From Vicugna vicugna (Eukaryota), in contig MU061538.1 of NCBI GenBank assembly GCA_013265495.1, positions 2,253,339 to 2,317,338 of the forward strand: 64,000 bases of DNA, given 5' to 3'. The notes below the pieces were generated by a model. The model saw nothing but the letters and a program-made list of their open reading frames with translations. It searched no databases and was not told the origin of the DNA. Shown piece by piece: positions 50,001 to 62,000 of this stretch. The translations under genes and the position numbers were made by a program. Positions within the stretch are counted from its first letter, which is position 1; every line of letters starts with the position of its first letter.

Positions 50001-53000
50001 GCCCCCAGGAAGGTCTGTCCCGCGGCGTTGGTGCAAGAATTACTGAGCCGATGTGCAAAGCCGCTGGCGGCTGGGAAGTGTTACCCTCCAGCTTCCCTCA
50101 GCTGAGGAGCTAGGGACGGGCGCCAGCTGTTTCACACACAACGGAGTGTGCTCTGCTCTCCATTCACCTGCAGGTAGAGAGCGCTGCAGATCGGTTACGG
50201 GCACCTCTACTGTATTCTGTGCTTGGTTTAAATCCCAAATTCCCTGAACTTGTGTTTGGAAGTAGAGAAAATAATCTCGTGTGAAATGGCAGTGATGACT
50301 CCCTGGGGGCCTAGGGCACATCTCTACTTTGGAAGGTGTCCTGCAGGTGCGACATCCTTCGAGGATGAACTTGCCCACTGCGCTGTGTGCGCGGAGCGGC
50401 CGGGGCGCTCGGTCCACTTTGAGTGAGTGAGCAGGGTTGATCACCAGTGAGAACAGCTATGTAGAGGTTTCCTGCGACTTTTTCGGCATTGTCAGAACGT
50501 TAGGACATTTTGCTGCTAGAGATGAAGAAAACGAATCTTTGAAATGTTAAAAATAAAAGATTTAGATTAAAATTAGGTCGGGGGTTGAGGAAGCATAGCA
50601 ACCATCAAAATCCTCTTTCAGTCACAGATTTGGGTGGTCAGCAGCCCCGTGGTGGTGTCATGCTGCTTTTTGTGTTGTGGCACTAGGTATTAAGTAATTT
50701 AAACAAGGACTTGACAGCTGTGAGGGGAAAAGTCATATTTGACATTCATTAAAAACTGTTTGCAGTATGGCAAATTATGTGCTCAAGCAATTAAGAGTTT
50801 TTCCTTTGATTCTCCAGGATTAACATAGGTTTTCAGCCAGAGGCACCTCGGGGTTGAAAGGGGAAGGAAGGTGTGCTCAGAGGCATCCCAGTGCCCACTC
50901 CCCAGCCAGGCCTGCCGGGCTGGCCTTCCCAGACCAGCATCCACCGTCGTTCCCGGCTGGGCTGTGGTCTCCAGTTGCTCTCCTGTAGCCCCCCAGCCGC
51001 CTCTGCCCCTCAGATGGTGGTCACCTGGACAGAGGGCAAGTCCAGCCCAGGCCTGGCCAGTCTGAGAAGTGAGGGCTGAGGGGGGCGGCCCTCCTCACGT
51101 GAGCTTCCCCCCAACCCAGGGTCCAGGAGCAGCACGTGGCAGACAGGCGTTTATTTCCTCCTGATTAACTTTCAGATTTATAAAGGTTGCTTATTTCGGA
51201 GGGTGAAAGAGTAATACATGTGCAAGATTTTAAAAATTCAGAAGGTGCCAAAGGCTCCAAAGTGGCCCTCGCAGCCCCCGCCCCGACGCCCGCTGGCCGC
51301 TGCCGGGGCTCCCGGCAGGCACACGGGCAGGCGTGCCCCCGCCCACGAGCTTTCTCGTGGAAACGGCAGCATCCCAGATGCTGTTCTGCACTTGGGCAGG
51401 GCTCTGGCGGGGTTAATTCTCCATCTACTTTACTGGATATTTTTTAATACTTGCATTGAGAAGAAATAGTTGTCCTGTTCTTTACAAATTAAAGACTTCT
51501 TTTCCTGTTTGGAGCTCCGCAGAGGAGTTTTGAATGACGTACCGGAAGTCCCCTTAGGAGGCTGCCTTACCTGGATAAGGACTGCACAGATGTACCTGAG
51601 CCCTTGAGTTGGACTTATTTCAGTTTTAAACTCATTTGTTTCATCACTAAATCCAGTCTGTTACTACTGCAAATGATATAACCTTTATGTTTTAGAGTCA
51701 GTATTTAAGTGTAAGATGCATGTTAAAAACATGTGTGAGATTTTCATGTAGCTTTGATTTATGTGAAAGTTGAGTTTCTGGGGTTGCATTTAAATGACAA
51801 GGGTGCTTTAATAGGGGTAAGCTGTGTTGTTTGAGTGCAGTAAGATGGTTACTGGTTTCCCTGACCACAAGACGCTGACTTCCAGCCTTTGTTATTTGAG
51901 CAACATGGGGGAGATTCACGGTATGACATGTTTGTTTTGTTCTGTCTCACACTGCGCGAGGTGGTGGGTGACCTGCCGTGTGAGGCTTGCCTGGCCTGGT
52001 GGTGTCTCCTGGCTCCCTGTGCGGCTGGTACTGCTCTCAGCTGACTCCTGTCACTGGGAAGCAGGGGGCATGAAAGGGGATGGCGGCTGGTGTCAGGGTT
52101 TTCTCCAACCTGAGGCCCTTTGTCCTGTGTAAAGAGCTCCGAGTCACTTCTGAGGAAGGCCAGCTTCCCAGCTGTGCTGATGACCTCTCAGGTGGGGGAA
52201 CGTTGGCGTCTCCTCTGTCCCTCGTGTATGTGCTGGGACGCAAGGTGGGGCCACCACAGATGGGGGCCTGGCGACTGCCGTTGGGGGTTGCTCATGTCCC
52301 ACGCCTTCACTCTGGAGGGTTCTTCCTGGCCTCCTCTAGTGCACCAGCCATGGAGGGGAGGCCAAGGTCAGGCCTTCCTGGCTCGTCACTCCCCGAGTGT
52401 CGCTGGGCTCAGAGAAGGCTTTTGGCGTGGACGGGAGAGGGACTCCGCGTGCCAGGCGGTGTAGGACTCCGACGCCCCAAAGCCTAAGAAGTCAAAGGAA
52501 CAGGACTCCTCCCTTTTCAATACCAGTTGATAACCAGGACATGGAAAATTCCCAGCAGACCCACAAGAAACTACTACCAGTGGTTGTCCCCAGGGGTGGG
52601 CTGGAAGTCGGTGTTTGGAAAGGAGCATCAGTTTTTTGCCACTGTGTCACTCAGCCCTAAAACGCATCAGCTGTAGGGGTTTTTGTATCTTAATTCATGG
52701 GCTTATTCCATTTTTCTTACTCAGTTTCAAATGTTGGTGGTCTCAGAATATAAATTTATTTACTTCCTTGAACTTGGCAGCGCTCAGTAAACACAGCTGA
52801 GAACTGGAGCACGGTTCTGAGTGTCCCCGTGGTGGGCGGTGGGGACCGTGGGGGCTGGGCTGTCACTCTCTGGACTAAGGGGACGTGAGTGCCTTTCAGC
52901 GACTCTTGATGGTGACTTGGCCTGATCTTTGTCTTCCAGATTTTACAGTCCCTCTCAGCACCTACGAAAACCTTGGAGCCGCAGGTGAACCACAGCCAGC

Positions 53001-56000
53001 AGGGCCACGCAAGCGCGGTGCTGTTAGGGCAGGTGAAGGCGACTCCTGAGCCGCACGTGCCACCGCCGCAGCCGCACCCGGTGCTGCACCTGCCGCCCCA
53101 GCAGATCGTGCAGCTGCAGCCGCCGCCGCATGCGGCCCCGCAGCCTTACCCCCCGCCGCCGCCACACCTGTTCCCGCAGCCGCCGCCGCCCCGGCCGCCG
53201 CCGCCGGCCCTGCAGCAGCAGCTGCACCAGCTGCAGCAGCACCAGCTGGCCCAGCTGCACCAGCAGCAACTCCAGCGCCTGCACCAGCCGCCGCCGCCGC
53301 CGCCCCTGCAGGGCCCGGCGCCCCCGGGCCTGCAGCCCCCGCCGCAGCCCCCGCACATGCAGCCCCAGCTGTTTGGACACGACCCGGCAGTGGACAGTCC
53401 GTGATGGGGTTTCCTTTTTTCTCCTAAAGTCCTGTGTGTACAGAAGCACTCCGGTGGGGTGCGGGGGGGCCGTATCAGAGCACCTCTCACCAGGCGGGAG
53501 CGTAGGTCTCGCTGCCTAACAAGGCACATGGCTGCAGCCTGGGGCCGCTGGGTTTCCTCGCCTCTGGGGCAGTGCGCCCGTAGTCCCTGTGTGTCCGTAG
53601 GACATCAGGCCGCCCCGGCCCAACTTAGAGCCTTCAGTGCCTAGGCATGCGCTCTGTTGGTTTCACTTTTTAAATCATTTCGTATAAACAGGCAGCCCTG
53701 TTGGTGGTAGTATTCCGAGTGTGCTCAGAGTGCTTGTGGGGACGTTACGGCCGAGAGTCATTAATTAACTTGGTGAATTCATACGGAACTCTGCAGAATG
53801 AGCTTTTTTATTTTTTGCACATTCATGGGGTTGGGGTTTTGACTTGCTTTTCTGGTATAATTCTATTCCAGTTCCAGAAGAAGGCTTCTTACTGGGCTGC
53901 GTGTTTGCAGTTGCGGACTACCCAGAGCAGATGTCTGACAGACAGCTGCTGGCCACCTGGAAAAGGGTGAGGTTCCCGGGACACACACGTGCTCCGCGTG
54001 CTTATGGGCACTTTATTAACACTCTGTCACCTTGGGCAGATCACTTTTCTGGGCTGCAGTTTTCTTCGCTGTGAGGGGAAAATGTTGGACTTTCTCATTC
54101 TTAAAATTCGTTTCAGTCTTGACATTCTAAGGGGCATGAATTACTCATGTGTAACTGGGGCTGCCGGAAGATCTGATTTTAGTGACCTTGAGTAGGATAC
54201 CGACTTGTACATGCCTTGGTCATTTCTGTGCTCCAAAGGCTAGCGGGAAAAAACCCTGGTCTCCAGGTTAGAAGGGGCCTCAGTCTTCTAGCCCAGGTGT
54301 GGAACTGTATTTTGAAAAATCGGTTTAATTAATTAATTACTTTGCATGGTGGCCTTTAAAGAAAAGAAAAAGTAAACACTTCTTGCAATGCCACCACTGC
54401 ATCAAAATTGAGTCAAAATGTTGTTTAAAAAAGAAAAGAGTGTGAGCGTGTCAGCTACATGTTGAATGTGCTTCCCAGCCAGCTCTCTCTGCGCTGGGCC
54501 CTGCCGTGTGCCGGACCCGCTGCAGGGCTTGGGAGCGCTGGTGACCACACAAGGCTCGGGGAGCTGTAAGCCAGCTGGGGAAGCAGCCACACGCGCAGAT
54601 GACGGTGTGGTGGGTGCAGGGGGCCCTGAGAAAGTACACTCATTAGCCCATCAGGGTGCTCGTCGAGAGGAGTCTGCAGGAGGAGTGGTTCCTGGACTGA
54701 GTCTTGAAGGACACGTCGGAGTCAGAGTTCAGGGGAAGACATCCCGGATAGCGTGGCACAGGCAGAGACACGTGGCTGCAGAGGGGGACGGGGCGGCAGG
54801 AAACCCACACTGCTGGGGGTGGGCGGGCCTGGGGGCGGGGGGGCCGTCCTGTTCCAGACCTTACTACGTGCCGTGTTATGGAAATTGGGGTTCATCCCCG
54901 TGGTTTCTAAAGCATACAGGAAGTGGGGAGATGCACATTTTAATCGTGATGTAGAATAAGGAAGACTGGGGGATGGCCGCACAGTGGGCTGGTGGAGACA
55001 CGGTGATAACCTGGACAGGGACAGTGGCTGGGCCAGGGAGGGAGGCCTGTCTGAGAATCACAGCAGCAATTTTTTTTTTTAAATCGTGGAAGTGTAGGAG
55101 GTAATGTTTAGAAACCATCCTTATAAAACTAGAACAAAACTCGAAGATTAGAAAAGGTGTGCCTTTGGTTTGTGGGGGTTTTGATTTTGCTTAAGGTAAA
55201 GGGTTAGTCCAAGAGGCCCAACATTAAATAACACAGGTTTGGAGACAGAGGAGACGAAGGCAAGGAAGTTGAAAGGAAATCACCTACTTCCGAGGGACCA
55301 AAGGGCGCTTCCCTGGGGGAGCGGGGCCGCGGGGAGCGTGCAGGGAGCCCGAGTGCAGCTGGAAGAGCGCAGGAGCCGAGGGGTGGCCATCACGGGCTGG
55401 GGTGTCTGGCTTCTCAGGCACAGCCCAGCAGCTGGAAGACAATTGAGTTATGTCTTCAAGATTCTGAGGGAAAGGAATCTCCAGCCTAGACTCCCGTAGC
55501 CAGCCTGCCAGTCGAATGAGACTAGGTCAAGCCGTTTTCAGACTTGCACCATGAAAACGCGTGCTGCCCACGTGCCCGCTCTTAGGAAGCCACTGCACGG
55601 GCAGAGGCGGGTGTGGGCACCCAGGGTGGGGCTCTGGCCCCCAGACGGAAGGGCCTCACAGAGTGAGGGGGAAGGGAATCCAGATGGACATGGAAGCAGG
55701 CTGGAGGTGGAGAGGGGCCAGGGTCCAGCAGAGACGGCATGTGGGAAGGGTGGCAGGTGACCAGCAAGCCATAACACAGACGATGCTGCCTCAGCTGTCC
55801 AGTGCTGTGACACATTCTCCCAAAGTTTAGGGACCTAAACTGCAGACGTTCACTGTCTTGTGATTTCTTCCCGGGTGGGAAAACCCGAAGTGGCTTAGCG
55901 GTGGTGGTGGCTCGGCCCCCTCGGTGTGGCGCTGGCTCCCCAGGTGTCTGACCTGTGACAGGGAGGGCGCAGCACTGTCTTTCCCAGCTGAGTCTGGAGA

Positions 56001-59000
56001 CACTCGCTGTGGTCTGTCCGTGGTCTGTCAGCCCGGCCCATGCTCCAGGCCGAGTCCGGCTCTGGCTTCAGGAGAAGGAGTGACAGGGGACTTGTCCACA
56101 GTTATGAGGCAGCACGTTATGTTTCTTTGAAGAGTCTGGAAATGAAACAGTGACAGGTGCCTAGAAAACTAAGACCAAGACAGGTGAGAAGGAGAGAAAT
56201 AAGACATTTATTAGCACCAGGGAAAGCAAAAGTTTGTACCAGAAGGGAGCTGGTACCTGTCCTGGTATGCCTTAGGAAAGCAGGTGGCTGAGCCACATGC
56301 TTTAAATCCCAGAGACTGAGTTAAGCAGGAATTGTGATAGAACCTAGTCAGGAAGGCTCGTGTGCGTGTGCGCGCATGTGTATGTGTGTGTGTTATTCGG
56401 GGGACCCTGGCTCCACAGTAGGAGGCTGGTAGGTAACATCTAAAACCAGAAAACAGGAAGAGCATGACGTGCTAGTTAGGGTCTGTTAGTGACGACCAGA
56501 AGAAACAGGTCACGAGCCAGTGTGGTGGCCTTCAGGGCGAGGACATGAGTGGGACAGGAGGCTGCTGGTTCTGTCCTGGGCCTTGTCCAACTGTGTTTGT
56601 GAATCACTGTGTGAAACATAAAAATTAATTTTAAAAAGTTGTGAATGAAGAGTCATTCTGTGGTGCAGGCCTTTCTAAACATATGATGAAGTTCTCACCT
56701 TTTTGGTGTGCAGTGTTACGAATTTGACACGTGCCACTAGTGCCATGTAACCACGTAACCACAACAGTCGAGGCACTGAGTAGTCCCCTCATCCCAAAAA
56801 ACTGAATGTTTTTTAAAATAAATTTTTGATGCTCACCGACTTCATTGAGATTTGCTTTTTTTCCTTTTGGAATAGTGATGCTTAAAAGCAGAGGCTTTGG
56901 TGCCCCCCGGGGATGTCCGGCAGTGTGTGGAACGACTCTAGTTGTCACAGCTGGGGGAGCGCTGTCACACAGAGTGGTTGGAGTCGGGGCGCGGCCAGCC
57001 TCCCGGGGTGTGCGGGATAGCCCCTCACTCAGAACCAGCTGCTCCGAAATGTCAGTGGTGCCGGCCCAGAGACCCTGTTCTGGAAAGACACCTTCCACTC
57101 TTCTTCTTTCCCTCTGGAAATGGAGATGAGACGAGTGTTGTCCACTTCTGTTTTATAGTGATAGGTCCGCACACGGAACCGATGCGTACCTTTCACATTT
57201 GGGGGAAGTGTACGGTGTGAACACACAGCAGACACTGTAATAGCCGTCGTACCTGAAGTGAGTTCTTGTCTCCTGGGTGCGGACTTGTGACGATCTGGGT
57301 CTTGTGTGTCTAGATAATCCGGGCGCACGGCGGCACCGTGGACCCCACGCTCTCCAGCCGCTGCACACACCTCCTCTGTGAGAGCCAGGTCAGCGGGCTG
57401 TTCGCACAGGTGAGTGGGGGCTCAGCTGGGGCTGGGACAGGTCTGAATGTCCCTTTCTAGGGACCACGTGGGGTTCTCGGTGACTCCAGTGATGCCATGT
57501 TTGGAAAGGGTTTGTTTCCACCACTGGAAATAGGCAAGTTGCTTGGTTCCAGTTTCCATGGATCTTTGGTGGGATGGGTAGCTCTGTGGCCCTCAGGCTT
57601 CTCTGTCTTTGAGGAACAGGGACAGGAAGGAGAGGGCGGACACCCTTCCCCTCAAACCCCAGGTCACACTGAGCGCCCAGTGGGGACGCAGGGCTCCGCG
57701 GCTGGCGGGGAACTTGGCGCAGGTCTGGCTGGGCGTAGCCTCACAGGCCTACAGCTTCCTCCCCAGCGTCACCTCCTCCCATCCCTCCAGGTCCATTTCT
57801 CCCCATTTCTTAGAAGCGTGCTTATCTGTGGGCAAACCGGCACTTTGTGTGTGTGTGTGACAAAGGGCCTCTAGGAAGCTCTTCCTAAAGGCTCACTGGC
57901 TCCACCTCCAACTAAAAACGCGGGAACACTTACGAGGTTCCCCGGAGGCTGATTTCAGGTGGGCGGTTAGAGTTTTTCATTGTGTGTGTGTGTGGTGATT
58001 TTGATGACCATAAACGTCATCTCCTTCCGTGACGAAGGTCATTTCCAGGGTAGCTGTCCGAGGTGGTGCCTCCCTCTGCCGTCCGCCGGGAGGGCCCTGC
58101 TCCCTGTGGGCAGTCACAGCCTGGGCTGCAGTAAGTCCCCTGCTGCACTGCGGTAGTTTGTTACTTCAGTAAACTGGGTGCTGAGCCCGTGAAACCCCCC
58201 GATTGATGGGGCTTCCAGTGAGCCTCGCGCTTGCGCGCGTAGCCTGCGGCTGAGACCCCAGGCGACAAGCCCGTCCTGCTCTGTCCTGTCCCATCCGCAG
58301 GCGATGAAGGAGCGGCGGCGGTGCGTCACGGCGCACTGGCTGAATGCTGTCCTCAAGAAGAAGAAGATGGTGCCGCCGCACCGGGCCCTGCATTTCCCGG
58401 TGGCCTTCCCCCCGGGCGGGAAGCCCTGCTCCCAGCACGTAAGGCACATCCCCGCCTACTCCTCTCGGGCCCCTGTAGCATCACAGCTTCCTGCACAGGG
58501 CAGATGTTTGATTCATTCTCCAGAGTCCTTGACGCTATTCAGATTCCTAAAATCAATCAGCGTCTTACACCAGCAGTGGCCACTACCAGACAGACCTTCT
58601 CACTTGGTTACAGGTTCTCCCACCCAGATGAGCACCAAACTGGCATCAGCAAAGAGAAGGGAGACGTGACTAATATTTACATGCTTAATAAAATGACTTA
58701 AAATTTTCTGAATAGTGTCATATTAACACAAAAAAGGTCCCCCCGCCCTTGACACTGAGTATGTAACATTTTTAACCGTTAACAAACCTCTGGCTTTGAC
58801 ATTCTTAGGAATGCTGTGACCAGATCTCTCTCGTGATACCAGAGGAAGAGTGGGAAAGCACGTGTCTGCGAAACCGCCAGAATGGAGAGGAGGGAGTTGC
58901 GTTAACTGGGTTGCACTGCTGTGCTCTGACCTTTGTGCTCTTTCTCTTAGATTATCTCTGTAACTGGGTTTGTCGACAGTGACAGGGATGACCTCAAGTT

Positions 59001-62000
59001 AATGGCCTACCTAGCCGGCGCCAGGTACACAGGCTACCTGTGTCGCAGCAACACGGTCCTCATCTGCAAGGAGTAAGCACGGTTGGAAACCACGTTTCAT
59101 CTTAAGTGCACACAGTGTAGTGGCTGCTTCGGCAGTTCTGTATTTCTTCATATATCACAGTTTTGTGGTGGAAATTTGAGCATCAAAATCAAAGTCCGCT
59201 GAGAGAATGGCAGTGATGTTCGTGATGATGTTGCCAGAATTACCTGTACAGCATTTGAAAGGAATTAGATTGTTTGCCCAAAACTGAAAATGATACAAAG
59301 ATCTGTCAGCAAGTGAATGGATAAATAAACTGTGGTATACCTGTACAGTGTAATACTACTCAGAGTTAAAAATGAAGAAGCCATGCCATTTGCAGCAACA
59401 CAGGTAGACCTAGAGATGATCGTACTGACTGAAGTCAGTCAGACAAAGACAGAGACTGTGATACCACATATGTGGAACCTAGAAAAATGACACAAATGAC
59501 TTATTCATGAAACAGAAAGACACAGACATAGAAAACAAACAAGGTTATAAAGGGGAAAGTGGGGGAAGGGATAAATTAGGAGTTTGGGATGAACAGATAA
59601 CAGAGCTGATGGAATTTAAGTTAAATTAGTAACAGCGACGAGGCGTTGGTCTCATAGCCCACCCGCACCTTCCAGGCGCACTTAATGACCAGCCGGGGCG
59701 CCGTCAGCTTTGCAGAAACACCCCCGCCATTTCTAGTGTGAGAAAAATGTGGGTTGACTTGTTGAAAATAAATAGAAATTTGAATGTGGACAGCTTTAAC
59801 ATTTAATAAGTGTGTTTCCTCCCCACCTCACCCCACCTCCTCAAAAGACCCACCGGTTTAAAGTATGAGAAAGCCAGAGAGTGGAGGATCCCGTGTGTGA
59901 ACGCCCAGTGGCTGGGAGACATCCTCCTCGGGAACTTCGAGGCCCTGCGGCAGATCCAGTACGGCCGCTACACGGCCTTCAACCTGCAGGACCCCTTTGC
60001 CCCGACGCCGCACCTGGTGTTGAACCTCCTAGGTGAGGGGGCTCCCCGCGGGTCGGCTCGCGCACCTGCCCGTGCCCACCCCCGCCCCGTGCCCCCGCCG
60101 CTGCCTCGCGCGCGCCAGCCACCGCCTCGGCTTCAGCTTCCCCCTCAGGGCTCGTTTCCTTGCCTGTGTCCTCTCCAGTTTCTCCTTCCGCGCCCGCTGC
60201 TCGGGAGTGCTTGTTGGTTTGCGGGTTTGTTCTGGGGTTTTTGTTTTTTTTGCTTTTTTAAAATTGAAGCATAGTTGGTTTACAATGCTGGATCAGTTTC
60301 TGGCTGTACAGCAGTGATTCAGTTATACGTACGTATGTTCCTTTTCATGTTCTTTATAGGTTATTATAAGCTACTGAATATAGCTCCGTGGGCTACACAG
60401 TCGGACCTTGTGGTTTATCGGTTTGCTTTTTCTAACGGACTAGAGGTGGAAGGAGCACTGCGCCTTCTGGGTTTTGCTCTGGCGCCAGCTCCCGTTTGTC
60501 TCGTGGCCCGTGGGTGTGGCCTGCCCTCCCTGGGTGTGGGCCTGCTCCTCCCCTCGCAGCTGCGCTGAGCGTCTGCAAGGAGCGCTACCCTGAGTGTATA
60601 TGATACAGGACTTCATTTCACTACATTTTTCCGAGTTGACCATTACTCCAGAAAATGGTCTTTCAGACTCGGTTTAACACGCTCTCTTCAAGCCTGTTAA
60701 GTCCCGCTTTTGAATGGCTTTAATCCTGAGAAAGCACCTCATCTTGAGCCATAATCTGCTTGCTTCTCTGGGGTGTGTCTGCTGGTCTGACTCCAGCTCT
60801 GAAGCCGCCACGCAGGCTGCTGTCTTCCCTCGTCCACACGCTCTTCAGGACTCAGCGTGGATGCTGCGTGGGGGACGAGTTGGTCCCCGCAGCTGTTCCT
60901 CGTGCTGCGACCCTGTGTCAGCCGCCGCGTTGTAACCCTGGGAGCTCCCAGAGCCGGCTACCGGGACAGCACGCGCGGGGTGGGCGGTGCCTCTGCTGGG
61001 CCACGTGCTGCGGCTTGGGTCAGTTCTGCCTCGTACGGGGCACTGGGCCCGGGCCCTCCCGGGCCGCCGCTCCCCTCCTGTGCGCCCAGGCTCTCCTTTG
61101 AACTCGGTGATAGCCCTTACCTTTCTCCTTATCAGATGCTGTCAGCCACACCGGCTGCGCATCTGGGGGTACCCGCTCCTGACAAGGCTTCTGTTGCAGG
61201 GCTTCTCCGTGTACCCAGTATGTCTGAAAAATATCCTGTTTCTCTCTAGATGCTTGGAGAGTGCCATTGAAAGTGTCACCAGAGCTGCTGATGGTACGTC
61301 AGGTTAACCTTAACTTGGGCTGTTACTGCATCCTGAAGGTGCAGCAGGAGTATACCTATATTTGTGACTTAGAAGCTCTTCCAGTAATTTGTCGTCATAA
61401 CAAATTAAGGCTTTACCTTCCCACTGAGGTATCTGTATATACCCTGTGTCTTGTTCTCTCTTAACTGATGTTGTCAGATCTTCATGTTTATACGTATTAG
61501 GAACATTATTTATTTGCTTCAGAGAGCTCTGTGACTGCTGACAGAACTGAAGAGGAGAACAAAATAAGACACCTGTCATCACAGGGTTAGAGGCAGGGCC
61601 GGAGGCGCTGGTGCCTCAGGAGGGCTGCACCTGCATCTCCTCCCAGGGAGGCGCGGCCCGCTGCTGCCTCACGTCCTGGGTGCGGCTGCTCCGCGTGGGC
61701 TGAGGGCTCTGATGCGACACTTCCAGGACGGGCCCTTCTGGACGTTCCAGGGCTAGAGGTGCTTCCGGAGCAGGGCTGCCTTTCAAGGGGGTGGGGGTGA
61801 GGATGCAATCCCCTCTCCGGCTGAGAGGGCGTTGCTTCAGAAAGTAAAGTCGTGTGTGTGGACGGTCCGTGGTCAGGATGTGGGGGAGCAGGGAGCAGCA
61901 GCTGCACGGAGAGGCTGGCCAAGGGAGGCCCTGGGGGCTCCCGCTGGTCCCAGGAACATGGGCGCCGCATCTGGGGGACCAAGTGGCCCCCAACGCCCTG

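Noticed and set aside
59300..60430. Oppositely oriented L1 pieces flanking exon 12 as a pairing element or inversion scar
   Set aside because: They cover consecutive, non-overlapping parts of the L1 3'UTR and so cannot base-pair. An inversion would have flipped exon 12, which is intact in sense.
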